Shown here piece after piece: positions 27,963-37,857 of a stretch of DNA of 64,000 nucleotides. The first letter of the stretch is position 1. Every line of letters starts with the position of its first letter. Position numbers and translations under genes: made by a program. The stretch covers positions 47,729 through 111,728 of the IMG/VR virus record IMGVR_UViG_3300046002_008717; one strand, 5' to 3'. The stretch comes from a virus. The notes beneath the pieces were generated by a model, which saw only the letters and a list, made by a program, of their open reading frames with translations, had not been told where the DNA came from and ran no database searches.

Positions 27963-29585
27963 ATGGCAGGATTTTTAGATTTCTTAAAACCAAATCAATC
28001 AGCACTAGGTAATATAATAAAAAACTTAGGAGCTGTTGCTAAATTTGGTATGCACTATGATGATATGGTTGTGAAAAATTCACAAGCAATCGGTAAAACA
28101 GAAGCTATGTTTGCTAATCAGGATTCTAGCGGACTTACTTCAAATGATGCTTTTTATTGGACTGCATCATATCAAGATACTAAAGTTAAAAAATATATTG
28201 CTTATTTCGATAGAGAGTACATAGAGAAAAGAAACTATCTTAGAAAATTTTCAATAAACGGAGAAATCGAATTTATCTTGGACGTATTAACAGACGAGGC
28301 TATAGTTTATGACGATAGAAATTATTTTGCATATCCATCTTTTGCAAATTTAGATGTAAAAGACAATATAAAAGAAAAATTGACTTCGCATTATAATAGA
28401 TTATATTCGGTTTTCCAATTTCAAAATACTATACTTGCTTGGCAATATTTTAAACAATTTTTGGTTGATGGATTTCTTGCTTTTGAAATAATATATGATA
28501 ATAAGGGTAAGGAAATAATAGGATTTAAAGAATTGGATCCTTCCTCATTGCAACCAGTCGTAGAAAAGATAAAGGAAAATGAATATAAACAGTTTTGGAT
28601 CCAATATCCAGGTAATCCTCAAATGACCAGGAAAATAACAAATGAACAGATTATTTACATATCATATGCTAAAGGAAATACTATATCAAGAGTTAGTTAT
28701 GTTGAGAGATTAGTTAGGTCGTATAATATATTAAGGATAATGGAGAATTCACGAATTATTTGGAATGTTATGAATTCCTGTTATCGTATGAAATTTATAA
28801 TCCCAATTGGTACGCAATCACAGCAAAAAGCAATGCAAAATCTGGGGCAATTAATGGCTAATTATAAGGAGGATATAACTATAAATGATGCATCTGGTGA
28901 ATTAACTGTTAATGGTAGACCTAAGGTTCAGTTTTATAAAAATTATTTATTTCCTGAAAATAATGGGGTTTCCCCTGAGATATCGTCATTAACCCCATCA
29001 GGCCCAGATTTTAATGTCATGGAAAATGTACTATATTTCTTTAATAAATTAAAGATGGATTCTAAAATACCATATGCTAGATTTGCTTCCAAAAATGGTA
29101 CACCCGCAAATTATCAGATAGCAATAGATCAATTAGAAAGAGACGAAATAAGGTTTGGTAAATTTCTTAGAAGAATTAGATCAATATTCCAAGAATTATT
29201 AATTAAGCCTCTTTATATACAGATGTGTTTAGATCACCCAGAATTAGCAAAGGATAGAGCATTTAAAGCAAATTTGGGCCTTAAGTTTTGTAGCGATAGC
29301 GAATTCGAGGAAATGGTCGAGATGACAAATTTTACAAAACGTAGTGAATTCATTAAAGGACTCGGAGAACTTAAAAATACCGGAACGGTCGCTGAGGGCG
29401 AAGAACCTGATTCATACTTTGATAATGAATTTTTAATACAAAGATTTTTGGGTATGAACTTGGATCAGTTGAAAAGTAACGAAAGATATAAAAAGGAAGA
29501 AGCTGCTGCAGGAAAGAAAAAAGAAGAACCAGAGGAGGAACCAGAAAAGGGAACAGGAAAGGAAACTCCAAAGGTAACATTATAA
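27963..29585 (+). CDS. Portal protein, paralog 2 (T4 gp20-like)
   Basis: GEIEFILDVLTDEA, FKQFLVDG, SYVERLVRSYNILRIME, KIPYARF, RDEIRFGKFLRRIR. Intact and full length. Confidence 0.9.
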   Translation: MAGFLDFLKPNQSALGNIIKNLGAVAKFGMHYDDMVVKNSQAIGKTEAMFANQDSSGLTSNDAFYWTASYQDTKVKKYIAYFDREYIEKRNYLRKFSINGEIEFILDVLTDEAIVYDDRNYFAYPSFANLDVKDNIKEKLTSHYNRLYSVFQFQNTILAWQYFKQFLVDGFLAFEIIYDNKGKEIIGFKELDPSSLQPVVEKIKENEYKQFWIQYPGNPQMTRKITNEQIIYISYAKGNTISRVSYVERLVRSYNILRIMENSRIIWNVMNSCYRMKFIIPIGTQSQQKAMQNLGQLMANYKEDITINDASGELTVNGRPKVQFYKNYLFPENNGVSPEISSLTPSGPDFNVMENVLYFFNKLKMDSKIPYARFASKNGTPANYQIAIDQLERDEIRFGKFLRRIRSIFQELLIKPLYIQMCLDHPELAKDRAFKANLGLKFCSDSEFEEMVEMTNFTKRSEFIKGLGELKNTGTVAEGEEPDSYFDNEFLIQRFLGMNLDQLKSNERYKKEEAAAGKKKEEPEEEPEKGTGKETPKVTL

Positions 29586-29625
29586 AAATAAAAGGGAAAT
29601 ATTTAACATATTTCCCTTTTATTTT
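29585..29625 (+). terminator. Intrinsic terminator
   Basis: 18-bp arms AAAATAAAAGGGAAATAT / ATATTTCCCTTTTATTTT with loop TTAAC. Confidence 0.8.
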
Positions 29626-29649
29626 ATTTTTAATCCCGTATTATAGATT

Positions 29650-29657
29650 TATATTTG
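29650..29657 (+). promoter_or_regulatory. Putative host-type (TAnnTTTG) promoter element
   Basis: TATATTTG with upstream CCGTATT, as at 17078; heads the ligase/clamp-loader operon. Confidence 0.6.
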
Positions 29658-29676
29658 TAATAAATTTATATAATAT

Positions 29677-31014
29677 ATGATAAAAGAATTAAGACTGCTA
29701 AGAGAGATGGAATCTCTTGTTGGAAATGGATCGCAAAAGGCAAAGCAAAAAATAATAAGCGATAATATAACGGAATCTCTTTCCTATCTATTGAATATTT
29801 GCTTTAATCCATTCATTACAACAAAACTCAATAAGATTAAGTTTAACGATGAAATATCAGAAGTTAATCATAACCAGTGGGCAATTTTTGTAGATCTCTT
29901 AGAAGAACTAAAATGTGCACCAGCAGCTAACGATACGCTACGTATCAGAGCTAATAATCTAATATCAACAAGAATATCTGATGATCCATTGGAGGATATA
30001 GAACTTCGTACGATATTGATGAAGGTTATAACAAAAAGCATGAATATTGGTATAGGTGCTAAATTGATAAACAAAGCTCTTGGCAATGAATTGATACCGG
30101 ATCCTTCTGTTATGCTAGCCACCGATAATAGGGAAACCATAGAAAAATGGTCAAGAATATACTGTGAAGAAAAATATGATGGCGTCAGGGTAATAGCATT
30201 ATTAAAAAATGGAGAATTTACGTATTTTACTAGAGCTTTTAACGAGTTAGATGCATCTAGACTTTCCCGTATTACTTTTGCATTAAAAACAGCAATAATA
30301 AATAGCGGAAAAAGTATAATTGGCGATTGGTTTTTTGATGGCGAACTTACCGATTTGAATAGAAAATCAGTAAGTGGGAAAGTTACGCAGATATTAAGAG
30401 GTACTGCAGATAAGGATATAGATGAAAATATGCTTTTTAATGTTTTTGATTTCGAGGAAGCTGTTACATTGTCAATAGGAACAGGTGTAATCGAATATGT
30501 TGATAGAAGAGCAACATTAGAGAAAATACTTTCTTTCCTTCCGGAAGAAAGCCACGTAGTACTCGGGAAAATGTGGGAATTGGAATCAGCTGATGGTATA
30601 GCAGAAATATATCAAAGAATAGTAAACGAAGGTGGCGAGGGAGTTATATGTAAAGATAATAGTGTTTATGAATGTAAGCGTTCTAAATCTTGGGTAAAGA
30701 TAAAAGAAATAAGCGAATGTGATCTTGAAGTTATAGGTTGGTATCCAGGAGAGGGAAAAAGAACTGGGTTTATTGGTGGATTTATATGTACTGATGCATC
30801 AAAAACTGTTAATGTTAAAGTTGGCTCCGGATTTACAGACGAAGATCTTAAATCCCTTAGCATATCTCCCGATGATAATATAGGAAAGATTATAGCTGTA
30901 TTATATAATGTCGTGATAGAGGATAAACATAAAAATAGATCTTTATTTTTACCCAGATATGTAGTTACTAGATTCGATAAGGATAGTCCGGATGATCTAT
31001 CAAATAAATATTAA
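29677..31014 (+). CDS. ATP-dependent DNA ligase
   Basis: Motif I EEKYDGVR, FFDGEL, FDF, EGVICK, KRSKSWVKIK, VGSGF, LFLPRY..RFDK. Confidence 0.95.
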   Translation: MIKELRLLREMESLVGNGSQKAKQKIISDNITESLSYLLNICFNPFITTKLNKIKFNDEISEVNHNQWAIFVDLLEELKCAPAANDTLRIRANNLISTRISDDPLEDIELRTILMKVITKSMNIGIGAKLINKALGNELIPDPSVMLATDNRETIEKWSRIYCEEKYDGVRVIALLKNGEFTYFTRAFNELDASRLSRITFALKTAIINSGKSIIGDWFFDGELTDLNRKSVSGKVTQILRGTADKDIDENMLFNVFDFEEAVTLSIGTGVIEYVDRRATLEKILSFLPEESHVVLGKMWELESADGIAEIYQRIVNEGGEGVICKDNSVYECKRSKSWVKIKEISECDLEVIGWYPGEGKRTGFIGGFICTDASKTVNVKVGSGFTDEDLKSLSISPDDNIGKIIAVLYNVVIEDKHKNRSLFLPRYVVTRFDKDSPDDLSNKY

Positions 31015-31032
31015 TAATAAAATAAATAAAAT

Positions 31033-31332
31033 ATGGGAATGTCTACGCGAATATCATGTTATATTTCTGATAAGGATGCAACTTATCAGAAATATAAGGA
31101 AGTATTGCTGGTATGTAATGCAGCAAAAGTCGATTTACCGAAGGAAGTAGCTGATTATTTTGGGTATAAGTATCCCGAACTTTGTGCTCTTGAGGAAAAA
31201 TTGGAATTAGATTTGGAGGAGGGTGTTCATTATTATGAAGCGGAGGGTCATGAGATGGAAGAAGGTTTTGATGTTATACTGGCTAATCTTCCTGTAGGTG
31301 CATATAAATTACGATTTACTAATTCCTATTAA
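31033..31332 (+). CDS. Hypothetical protein
   Basis: 99-aa ORF within the operon, with an A-rich leader. Confidence 0.7.
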   Translation: MGMSTRISCYISDKDATYQKYKEVLLVCNAAKVDLPKEVADYFGYKYPELCALEEKLELDLEEGVHYYEAEGHEMEEGFDVILANLPVGAYKLRFTNSY

Positions 31333-31346
31333 TTTTTAAATAATAT

Positions 31347-32291
31347 ATGATACAAGAATTATTGACTGAAAAGCTTAGGCCTAAAATGCTTAAACATATG
31401 ATCCTTCCTGATAGGATCTCTAAAATATTTGAAAATGGATTAGGACAAAATGTTCTTTTAAGCGGATCTCCTGGTTGTGGAAAAACCACGTTAGCTAAAA
31501 TACTAGCTTCTCCTTTTCCTCATTTATTTATAAACGTATCTGATGAGAGCTCTGTTGAAGTAATTAGAACTAAAATAACTGATTTCTGTTCAACCATATC
31601 TGTTATGGATGGATTATCATCCAAAAAAATAGTAATTCTCGATGAGTTTGATGGTGCATCTGATCAATTTTATAAAGCTTTAAGAGGGACTATAGAAAAA
31701 TTTGCAGCTAATAGCAGATTTATAGCAACGTGTAATTATATAAATAAAGTTCCTGAAGCTATACAAAGCAGATTTGAGGTAATTGATTTCAATCCAGTTA
31801 GTACAGAAGAAGACAATTTATTGAAAGCAGAGTGGGATAAAAGAGTAAAATTAATATTAGGTAAGATTAATATAGGCATAGATGATTCTGCTCTTGCTGA
31901 GTTTCAAAAAAATTATTATCCCGATTTTAGAGCTGCATTGAATAAGATTCAGTCTTGGATGATAGAGGGAGTTACTAATATCGATTCGGATAAAGTTAAA
32001 GAATTCGGATGGTCATATGAGGATATTTATAATCTCATTATCACCGAAAAGGATCCTATTAAAAATTATCAGAATATAGTAGGAATGTACCAGGGTAAAG
32101 TTGATGACGTTATGTCAGCACTAGGTGAGGAGTTTATAAATTGGCTAATCAACAATAAACCGGAATTAAAAAATATAATACCGGGAGTAATTGTATTAGT
32201 AGCTGATCACCAAGCTCAAAGAACACAAGTAATTGATCCAATGGTTTCATTATTATCATTGGTATTCCAAATCCAAAAATTAATAAACTGA
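31347..32291 (+). CDS. Sliding clamp loader, large subunit (gp44/RFC-like AAA+)
   Basis: EKLRP, GSPGCGKTT, ILDEFD, TCNY, IQSRF, YPDFR. Confidence 0.93.
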   Translation: MIQELLTEKLRPKMLKHMILPDRISKIFENGLGQNVLLSGSPGCGKTTLAKILASPFPHLFINVSDESSVEVIRTKITDFCSTISVMDGLSSKKIVILDEFDGASDQFYKALRGTIEKFAANSRFIATCNYINKVPEAIQSRFEVIDFNPVSTEEDNLLKAEWDKRVKLILGKINIGIDDSALAEFQKNYYPDFRAALNKIQSWMIEGVTNIDSDKVKEFGWSYEDIYNLIITEKDPIKNYQNIVGMYQGKVDDVMSALGEEFINWLINNKPELKNIIPGVIVLVADHQAQRTQVIDPMVSLLSLVFQIQKLIN

Positions 32292-32845
32292 TGAAACACC
32301 CTCAAAAATACAAAAGAATAATATTAGTAGGAAAAGCAGCATCTGGAAAAGATTATGCTAGAGTTGAATTGCAGGAAAGGGGATTTACCTACTGCAAATC
32401 ACATACTACTAGACCGCGTAGACATGATGAAATTAACGGGGAGGATTATCATTTTATAAGCTTAGATGCAGCTATACATCATTATATAATGAAAGATTTA
32501 TTTTATGAATATGTTATCTTTAATGGTTGGGTATATGGTACATCTCTGGAAGAATTTGATAAATCTAATCTTTTTATAATGACACCTTCAGGAATATCCA
32601 AAATGAAAGAAGAAGACAGAAATGAATCTTTTATAGTTTATTTTAATATTGATTGGGAAGTAAGAAAAAATAGATTACTTTTAAGAAATGATGTTGACGG
32701 TGTTACCAGACGTTTGGATGCGGACGAACTAGATTTTAAAGATTTTGATGATTACGATTATATGGTTACCGACGCAATGTATGATCCTACATGGCTTTTT
32801 CACGAAATTAAAAATTATTTAATAGAAAAACATTATGTTAATTAG
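32291..32845 (+). CDS. Guanylate kinase-like nucleotide kinase
   Basis: GKAASGKD, SHTTRPRR.DE.NG.DYHF, YGTS. Confidence 0.85.
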   Translation: MKHPQKYKRIILVGKAASGKDYARVELQERGFTYCKSHTTRPRRHDEINGEDYHFISLDAAIHHYIMKDLFYEYVIFNGWVYGTSLEEFDKSNLFIMTPSGISKMKEEDRNESFIVYFNIDWEVRKNRLLLRNDVDGVTRRLDADELDFKDFDDYDYMVTDAMYDPTWLFHEIKNYLIEKHYVN

Positions 32846-32978
32846 ATTAATTAGATTGATAGCAGGAATTTTATTTATAGCAACTGCACTATTTACATTG
32901 CCCATACTCTTGGTAATTTGGGTTATTACCGATATAAATTACACCGAAGAAATAATGGAATGGATCATATCAGGATAG
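32835..32978 (+). CDS. Small membrane protein (47 aa, not in the ORF track)
   Basis: MLIRLIRLIAGILFIATALFTLPILLVIWVITDINYTEEIMEWIISG*. Overlaps the end of the kinase gene and the start of the next gene. Confidence 0.6.
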   Translation: MLIRLIRLIAGILFIATALFTLPILLVIWVITDINYTEEIMEWIISG

Positions 32979-33151
32979 ACGAGATAAGCTATTTAGAATT
33001 AGGTGATCTGTTATACAGAAAAATCCCATGTCCTGGATGTCAGGGAGGTGGATGTCCAACCTGTATGGGTCAGGGGTATTGGGGGGAAGAAAAAAATACA
33101 TTAATTTGGGAAGAATTAAGTATTACTATATATAAAAAAGATAAAATATAA
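32960..33151 (+). CDS. Small protein with DnaJ-like CxxCxGxG zinc motif
   Basis: CPGCQGGGCPTCMGQG; ATG at 32960 preferred. Confidence 0.55.
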   Translation: MDHIRIDEISYLELGDLLYRKIPCPGCQGGGCPTCMGQGYWGEEKNTLIWEELSITIYKKDKI

Positions 33152-33159
33152 TAACTCGT

Positions 33160-33537
33160 ATGGATACATTAACTAGAGAAGATAGAATTAATATAATAAA
33201 TATAATTATAAATAAAATAGCTACTACTGGTAGAAATTTTTTTAGTTATAAGGGTGCGATTTCGAAAATTACATATAGGAACGGAAGACTTTATATGTTT
33301 AATGAATATACAAAAAAGGACATGTCATTGTCCACTAAATATGGCTATCCCCCTCGTGGATTTTCAGGAGGGGGTACGCTTTGGGCATTAACTAAGGATT
33401 TTAAGGATTTTATTCTAAGCGGAGAAAAATCAAATCATAACCATGGATACGGAGGATTATATTGTACGTATTGGGGTTATGAAGAAAAAGATATGCTAGA
33501 AATACAAAAATTGGCAAAAGAACTTGGGTATTTATAA
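33160..33537 (+). CDS. Hypothetical phage protein
   Basis: 125-aa ORF (GFSGGGTL, YWGY). Confidence 0.7.
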   Translation: MDTLTREDRINIINIIINKIATTGRNFFSYKGAISKITYRNGRLYMFNEYTKKDMSLSTKYGYPPRGFSGGGTLWALTKDFKDFILSGEKSNHNHGYGGLYCTYWGYEEKDMLEIQKLAKELGYL

Positions 33538-33552
33538 TATAAAATAAACATT

Positions 33553-34713
33553 ATGATAAATGTAATAGTTGATGGGAATTATATTTTCCATAAGACATTT
33601 GGCGTTTTTGCTGGATATGATAAAAATATAGATCCAGGTAAAATACTAAAAAATAAATCGGATCAATCTTCTTTTATTAGAAAAGTATCTACCGATTTAT
33701 GTGCTGCTCTAAAATTAATACCATATGATGGAAAATTAGTATTTGTAACTGATAGTAGAAGCTGGAGAAAGGATATAGAAATAGAAAACGGTGGTTACAA
33801 ATCGGGAAGAATCAAAGACGAAACCGTAGATTGGACTATTTTCTTTGAGCTATTAACTGCATTTGGTGATCAATTGGAAAAAATGGGATTTATATTCTCT
33901 AAAGTAGAAGGAGCTGAAGGTGATGATTTATTACTCTATTGGTCAGATTATTTTAAGGCAAGAGGGGAGAATTCTTTAATATTAACTGGTGATCATGATA
34001 TGTACCAGCTAGCAAGGATGAGCGACGATTCGTGGATTGTTGTATGGAATAATAATTCAAAAAAGAATATTATTGCTGTTCCCATGGGATGGAAAGATGA
34101 GTGGTTAGAAAAATCAGAAATAGTTGAAACTATTGATATATTTAATATGGGATCATCTATTTTATCTGATAGGTCTCAATTTAGAGAATTTCTAAAAAAT
34201 ATCAAAATCGACGAGATTGATGACAGAGCTTTTATATTTAATAAAATACTAATAGGTGACGATGGCGATACCGTTCCTAGCGTATGGGAATATAAAACGA
34301 ATATTGGGCTAGAAAATGAAAAACTTATTAGATTTACCCCAAAAAAAGCGGAAACCGTTTATAATGCATTTTTATTATCTGAATGGAAAAATTTAGAATT
34401 TGCAGAACTTATGGATGATAAAGAATTTCTAAATTGGGCTGCTGGATTAATATTAAGAATTAGTAAGGATGTTGCCAATAGTAATAATATAGTAAAAGTA
34501 AAAGTAAATATAGTCAGAAATTTCATTTTAATGTGGCTTGACCAGTATGTAATCCCTAATTTTGTTGCTGATTCCATAGTGAATGAAATAAATAGAGCTG
34601 ATGCGCTAGAGGTAAAACCCGTAATAATCGATAGAATGAAGTTATTAAAAGGAACTGATTGGGTAACTGAAGATTACCAGCCTCGACAATTTAACCCATT
34701 TACATTTTTATAA
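33553..34713 (+). CDS. 5'-3' exonuclease/RNase H (T4 rnh/FEN-like)
   Basis: VDGNY, DSRSWRK, YKSGR, EGAEGDD, GDHDMYQ, GDDGDTVP acidic motifs. Confidence 0.88.
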   Translation: MINVIVDGNYIFHKTFGVFAGYDKNIDPGKILKNKSDQSSFIRKVSTDLCAALKLIPYDGKLVFVTDSRSWRKDIEIENGGYKSGRIKDETVDWTIFFELLTAFGDQLEKMGFIFSKVEGAEGDDLLLYWSDYFKARGENSLILTGDHDMYQLARMSDDSWIVVWNNNSKKNIIAVPMGWKDEWLEKSEIVETIDIFNMGSSILSDRSQFREFLKNIKIDEIDDRAFIFNKILIGDDGDTVPSVWEYKTNIGLENEKLIRFTPKKAETVYNAFLLSEWKNLEFAELMDDKEFLNWAAGLILRISKDVANSNNIVKVKVNIVRNFILMWLDQYVIPNFVADSIVNEINRADALEVKPVIIDRMKLLKGTDWVTEDYQPRQFNPFTFL

Positions 34714-34715
34714 AT

Positions 34716-35141
34716 ATGGAATTATTTGATATAGTTAAAAATATATTTTCTAAGAATAATTCCAAATGGGATTCTATAGGAAAAATTGATAAATCTAGAA
34801 ATTTCTTCATGATTAATAGGATAATGAGTATTCAATATCCATTGCAGGCAAATCAATTTAATAAACTTAAAATAACACCGGTGTATGTTGTAGATTGGTG
34901 GAGAAATACCCTGGCTAGCAGATATTCAAAAACGCCTAATTGGATATACACACTAACTAAGAAAAAAGAAGCTGCAGCCAATAAGAAAACAAAGGTGGTA
35001 GATCTTTCCGCTACCGAAAAATTTATTAGAGAAAAATTTAAAATATCATCCAGGGATCTAATGCAGATTAAAAAATTCTATCCTGAAAAATATAATGCAT
35101 GGGTATTAGATATATCTGATCAAATAGGATTAAAAGAATAG
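34716..35141 (+). CDS. Probable clamp loader small subunit (gp62-like)
   Basis: MELFD..K.I, FMINRIMS...AN.FN pattern resembles gp62; near the gp44-like gene. Confidence 0.5.
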   Translation: MELFDIVKNIFSKNNSKWDSIGKIDKSRNFFMINRIMSIQYPLQANQFNKLKITPVYVVDWWRNTLASRYSKTPNWIYTLTKKKEAAANKKTKVVDLSATEKFIREKFKISSRDLMQIKKFYPEKYNAWVLDISDQIGLKE

Positions 35142-35148
35142 TACTAAT

Positions 35149-35156
35149 GATATATA
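35149..35156 (+). promoter_or_regulatory. Putative late promoter GATATATA
   Basis: Exact motif 15 nt upstream of ATG 35172. Confidence 0.65.
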
Positions 35157-35171
35157 TGGAAAATAGAAAAA

Positions 35172-35681
35172 ATGACAGATCTAATAATAAAAAAAGTAAT
35201 AGATACTTTATCATGGGATACTATTTATGAGGTCAATAAATGCTTCAAACACGGAATAGGCGAGGGTACAAGCGCTATCCCTGGATTAAAAAAGAAAGTA
35301 TTCTCTGATAAGCTAACAAAGAATGATATTAGGAATGAATTAAGATCTATCCTTAAGTACGTAATTTCTAATAATGTTCCTGAATTTGTATATGGCAACT
35401 GGATGATATTTTGGAATGATGATATCAGGGATATTTATAATGAGGAAGATATGGAGAGTCTGGATATACCAATTTCTGGATTATCAGGTGGTCCTTCAAT
35501 AGAAGTTATATATACTCCGCAGAGAATATATATGGGAAATATAAAAATAATTGGTGGTAAATTACCAGAAAGCGATGATAACATAGAACTTAATAGAATG
35601 CTAAAAAATGCGGAAGATAACGAACAGTACGAATTGGCATCTAAGATAAGAGACGTTATTAAATTGCAGGATACAAAATAA
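35172..35681 (+). CDS. Protein with C-terminal UVR (UvrB/C) motif
   Basis: LKNAEDNEQYELASKIRDVI. Confidence 0.65.
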   Translation: MTDLIIKKVIDTLSWDTIYEVNKCFKHGIGEGTSAIPGLKKKVFSDKLTKNDIRNELRSILKYVISNNVPEFVYGNWMIFWNDDIRDIYNEEDMESLDIPISGLSGGPSIEVIYTPQRIYMGNIKIIGGKLPESDDNIELNRMLKNAEDNEQYELASKIRDVIKLQDTK

Positions 35682-35690
35682 TAATATAAA

Positions 35691-36170
35691 ATGAAGCATA
35701 TAAAAAACATAAATGAATATTTTGATATTGGAGTATTTGGTGATACCTATGGATATGGTGGAGCTAATGGTGTGCTAAGAGTGAAATATAAACCATATGA
35801 TGATTTATCTGTTACAGTTGGTCCTGATCCTTCTATAGAAAAAACTACAAAAGGCGCTGAATATAAATTGGGTGATGTCGTTAAAGGACAACCTATAGAT
35901 TCTAAGAAAAAAGTTACCGGTGTTATAGTTAGAGCTTTTAAAAATCCTGACAATCAACAATTTCGATATTTTATACAAATTTATACAAAAGGTGAAAGAA
36001 CAAAGGCTGTGATAGAAATAAAATCTAATGATATAGAATTTGCTGATGGAGGTAATCACGGTAATGTTGATATGTCATCCAAAGAAAAAGGCGCAGATAT
36101 ACCTGCAGGCGTATTTAATTCTAAAACCGTATATACATCATCACAATTGGGATTAGAAGCTACCGCATAA
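35691..36170 (+). CDS. Hypothetical protein, possibly virion-packaged
   Basis: N-terminus MKHIKNINEY; SH3/KOW-like YKLGDVVKG segment. Confidence 0.65.
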   Translation: MKHIKNINEYFDIGVFGDTYGYGGANGVLRVKYKPYDDLSVTVGPDPSIEKTTKGAEYKLGDVVKGQPIDSKKKVTGVIVRAFKNPDNQQFRYFIQIYTKGERTKAVIEIKSNDIEFADGGNHGNVDMSSKEKGADIPAGVFNSKTVYTSSQLGLEATA

Positions 36171-36176
36171 TAAAAA

Positions 36177-36204
36177 GAAACAATTGCAATAAATTCTGTA
36201 TAAT
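36177..36204 (+). promoter_or_regulatory. Putative middle-type promoter GAAAC-N17-TATAAT
   Basis: GAAAC aattgcaataaattctg TATAAT upstream of ATG 36217. Confidence 0.6.
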
Positions 36205-36216
36205 AATAAAATTATA

Positions 36217-37119
36217 ATGTTATTAGGACAAAATAGATCAAATATTTCTTATTTAGGATTACCAAAAAAGATGTCATCATGTGGGAATAAAATATCCTCA
36301 TATAATGACCTTTTTTCTGCTCTTTTGTCTGCATGTATAATAAATTCCGAAATATTATCTAAAATAGTATGTCTAGATGTTTCCGAGTTCGTATTCCTTC
36401 CCAGTTTTTTTGATAGCGTAATGGAGGAGGAAGATATAGAATTGTCCGATAAAATAGATAAGATAAATACGATTATAAATAAGCATTCCATGAGAATATT
36501 TATTTATGTAGGGAAAGATTATTTTTTAGGAACCCAAATCGAGGATGTAAAAATAAAAACTATAGCATTATTAGATTCTCTTTCTATCTTACTTGATTCA
36601 CTCGGAATTGATTATCCATCATTAATAGTTAGAATTGGTTCAGCTTATGGTAATAGGAAAAAAACGATGAAAACTTTTTGTTCTCGACTTCCGCTGCTAA
36701 ATAAAAATACGGTTAAAAAGCTTACCGTTACTAATGATGATAAACCAAGTCTTTTTTCTATAACAGATTTATTATCAGGAATATATTATGAATGCAGCAT
36801 ACCTTTATGTTTCCGATTATTGCCACATCATTTTAATAACGGAGGACTTACTATAAGGGAAGCATTATTTTTAGCATGCTCGACCTGGGATATTAAGGAT
36901 AAGCCAATTTTCTTTCATTCAGAATCTTTTGAAATAGATGAATATGGAATATCATTAAGCCCTGTTAATGCTGATTTATTAACTAGAAGAATACCTACGT
37001 TTGGGCTAGATTGCGATGTTATAATAGATTCACAGTTAAAAGAAATAGCATATATGCATTATATAAAAAACCATAGAGGATTTTTACCGATGGTTATAAA
37101 TAAAAAAATAAAAAAATAA
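36217..37119 (+). CDS. UV-damage endonuclease (UvsE/UVDE)-like protein, apparently degenerate active site
   Basis: VRIGSAYGNRK, LTVTNDDKPSLFS, PHHFN.GGL...EAL.LA.STW, HSES follow the UvsE layout, with catalytic positions substituted. Confidence 0.7.
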   Translation: MLLGQNRSNISYLGLPKKMSSCGNKISSYNDLFSALLSACIINSEILSKIVCLDVSEFVFLPSFFDSVMEEEDIELSDKIDKINTIINKHSMRIFIYVGKDYFLGTQIEDVKIKTIALLDSLSILLDSLGIDYPSLIVRIGSAYGNRKKTMKTFCSRLPLLNKNTVKKLTVTNDDKPSLFSITDLLSGIYYECSIPLCFRLLPHHFNNGGLTIREALFLACSTWDIKDKPIFFHSESFEIDEYGISLSPVNADLLTRRIPTFGLDCDVIIDSQLKEIAYMHYIKNHRGFLPMVINKKIKK

Positions 37120-37135
37120 TTTAATAACTATACTT

Positions 37136-37837
37136 ATGTTTAAATTGGATGCAATCAAAAAAGTTTTATATCTTGATATAGAAACTGCATGTATAGAGAG
37201 GGATTTGGATAAATTATGGATATCTAATCCAAGATTGGCGCAATTATGGGAAAAAAGAGCTGATCACTATAGAGCGATAGATCCCAAATTAGATATATGT
37301 ACCAGCAGTGAAATATTTCTAAAAAAAGCAGCATTGGAGGCAGAATTTTCTAGGATAGTATGCATATCATTTGGATCGTTTGATGATGACGGAAAAAAAG
37401 TATTTAAATCATTCTTTGGAGATAATGAAACTGATATACTCAATGTAGCAAACAAGGTTATAAATAACGCTATGGCAAAAAATTGGAAGTTATGCGGACA
37501 TAATATAAAGGGATTTGATATACCATGTTTAGGCAAGAGAATGCTATATAATGGTATAAATCCATCAAATAATATCCAAATGATAGATAAAAAGCCATGG
37601 GAGGTTCCATTTATAGATACGTGCGAATTATTATCATTTGGCAGTTGGTCTCAAAATAGAAACATAACATTAGATCTATTAACATGTTCATTAGGTATAC
37701 AATCGCCAAAAGAAAATATGGAGGGTTCTCAGGTTAATCTAGTATATTGGGATGATCACGCTTATCGTGAAATAGCAGATTATTGTGAAAATGATGTAAA
37801 TGCAGTTATGTGTATAATGGAAAAACTCTGTTTCTAG
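37136..37837 (+). CDS. 3'-5' exonuclease (DnaQ/PolB-exo-like)
   Basis: LDIET, GHNIKGFDIP, IDT, YCENDV. Confidence 0.88.
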   Translation: MFKLDAIKKVLYLDIETACIERDLDKLWISNPRLAQLWEKRADHYRAIDPKLDICTSSEIFLKKAALEAEFSRIVCISFGSFDDDGKKVFKSFFGDNETDILNVANKVINNAMAKNWKLCGHNIKGFDIPCLGKRMLYNGINPSNNIQMIDKKPWEVPFIDTCELLSFGSWSQNRNITLDLLTCSLGIQSPKENMEGSQVNLVYWDDHAYREIADYCENDVNAVMCIMEKLCF

Positions 37838-37857
37838 AAAAAAAAACAAAAATACAT

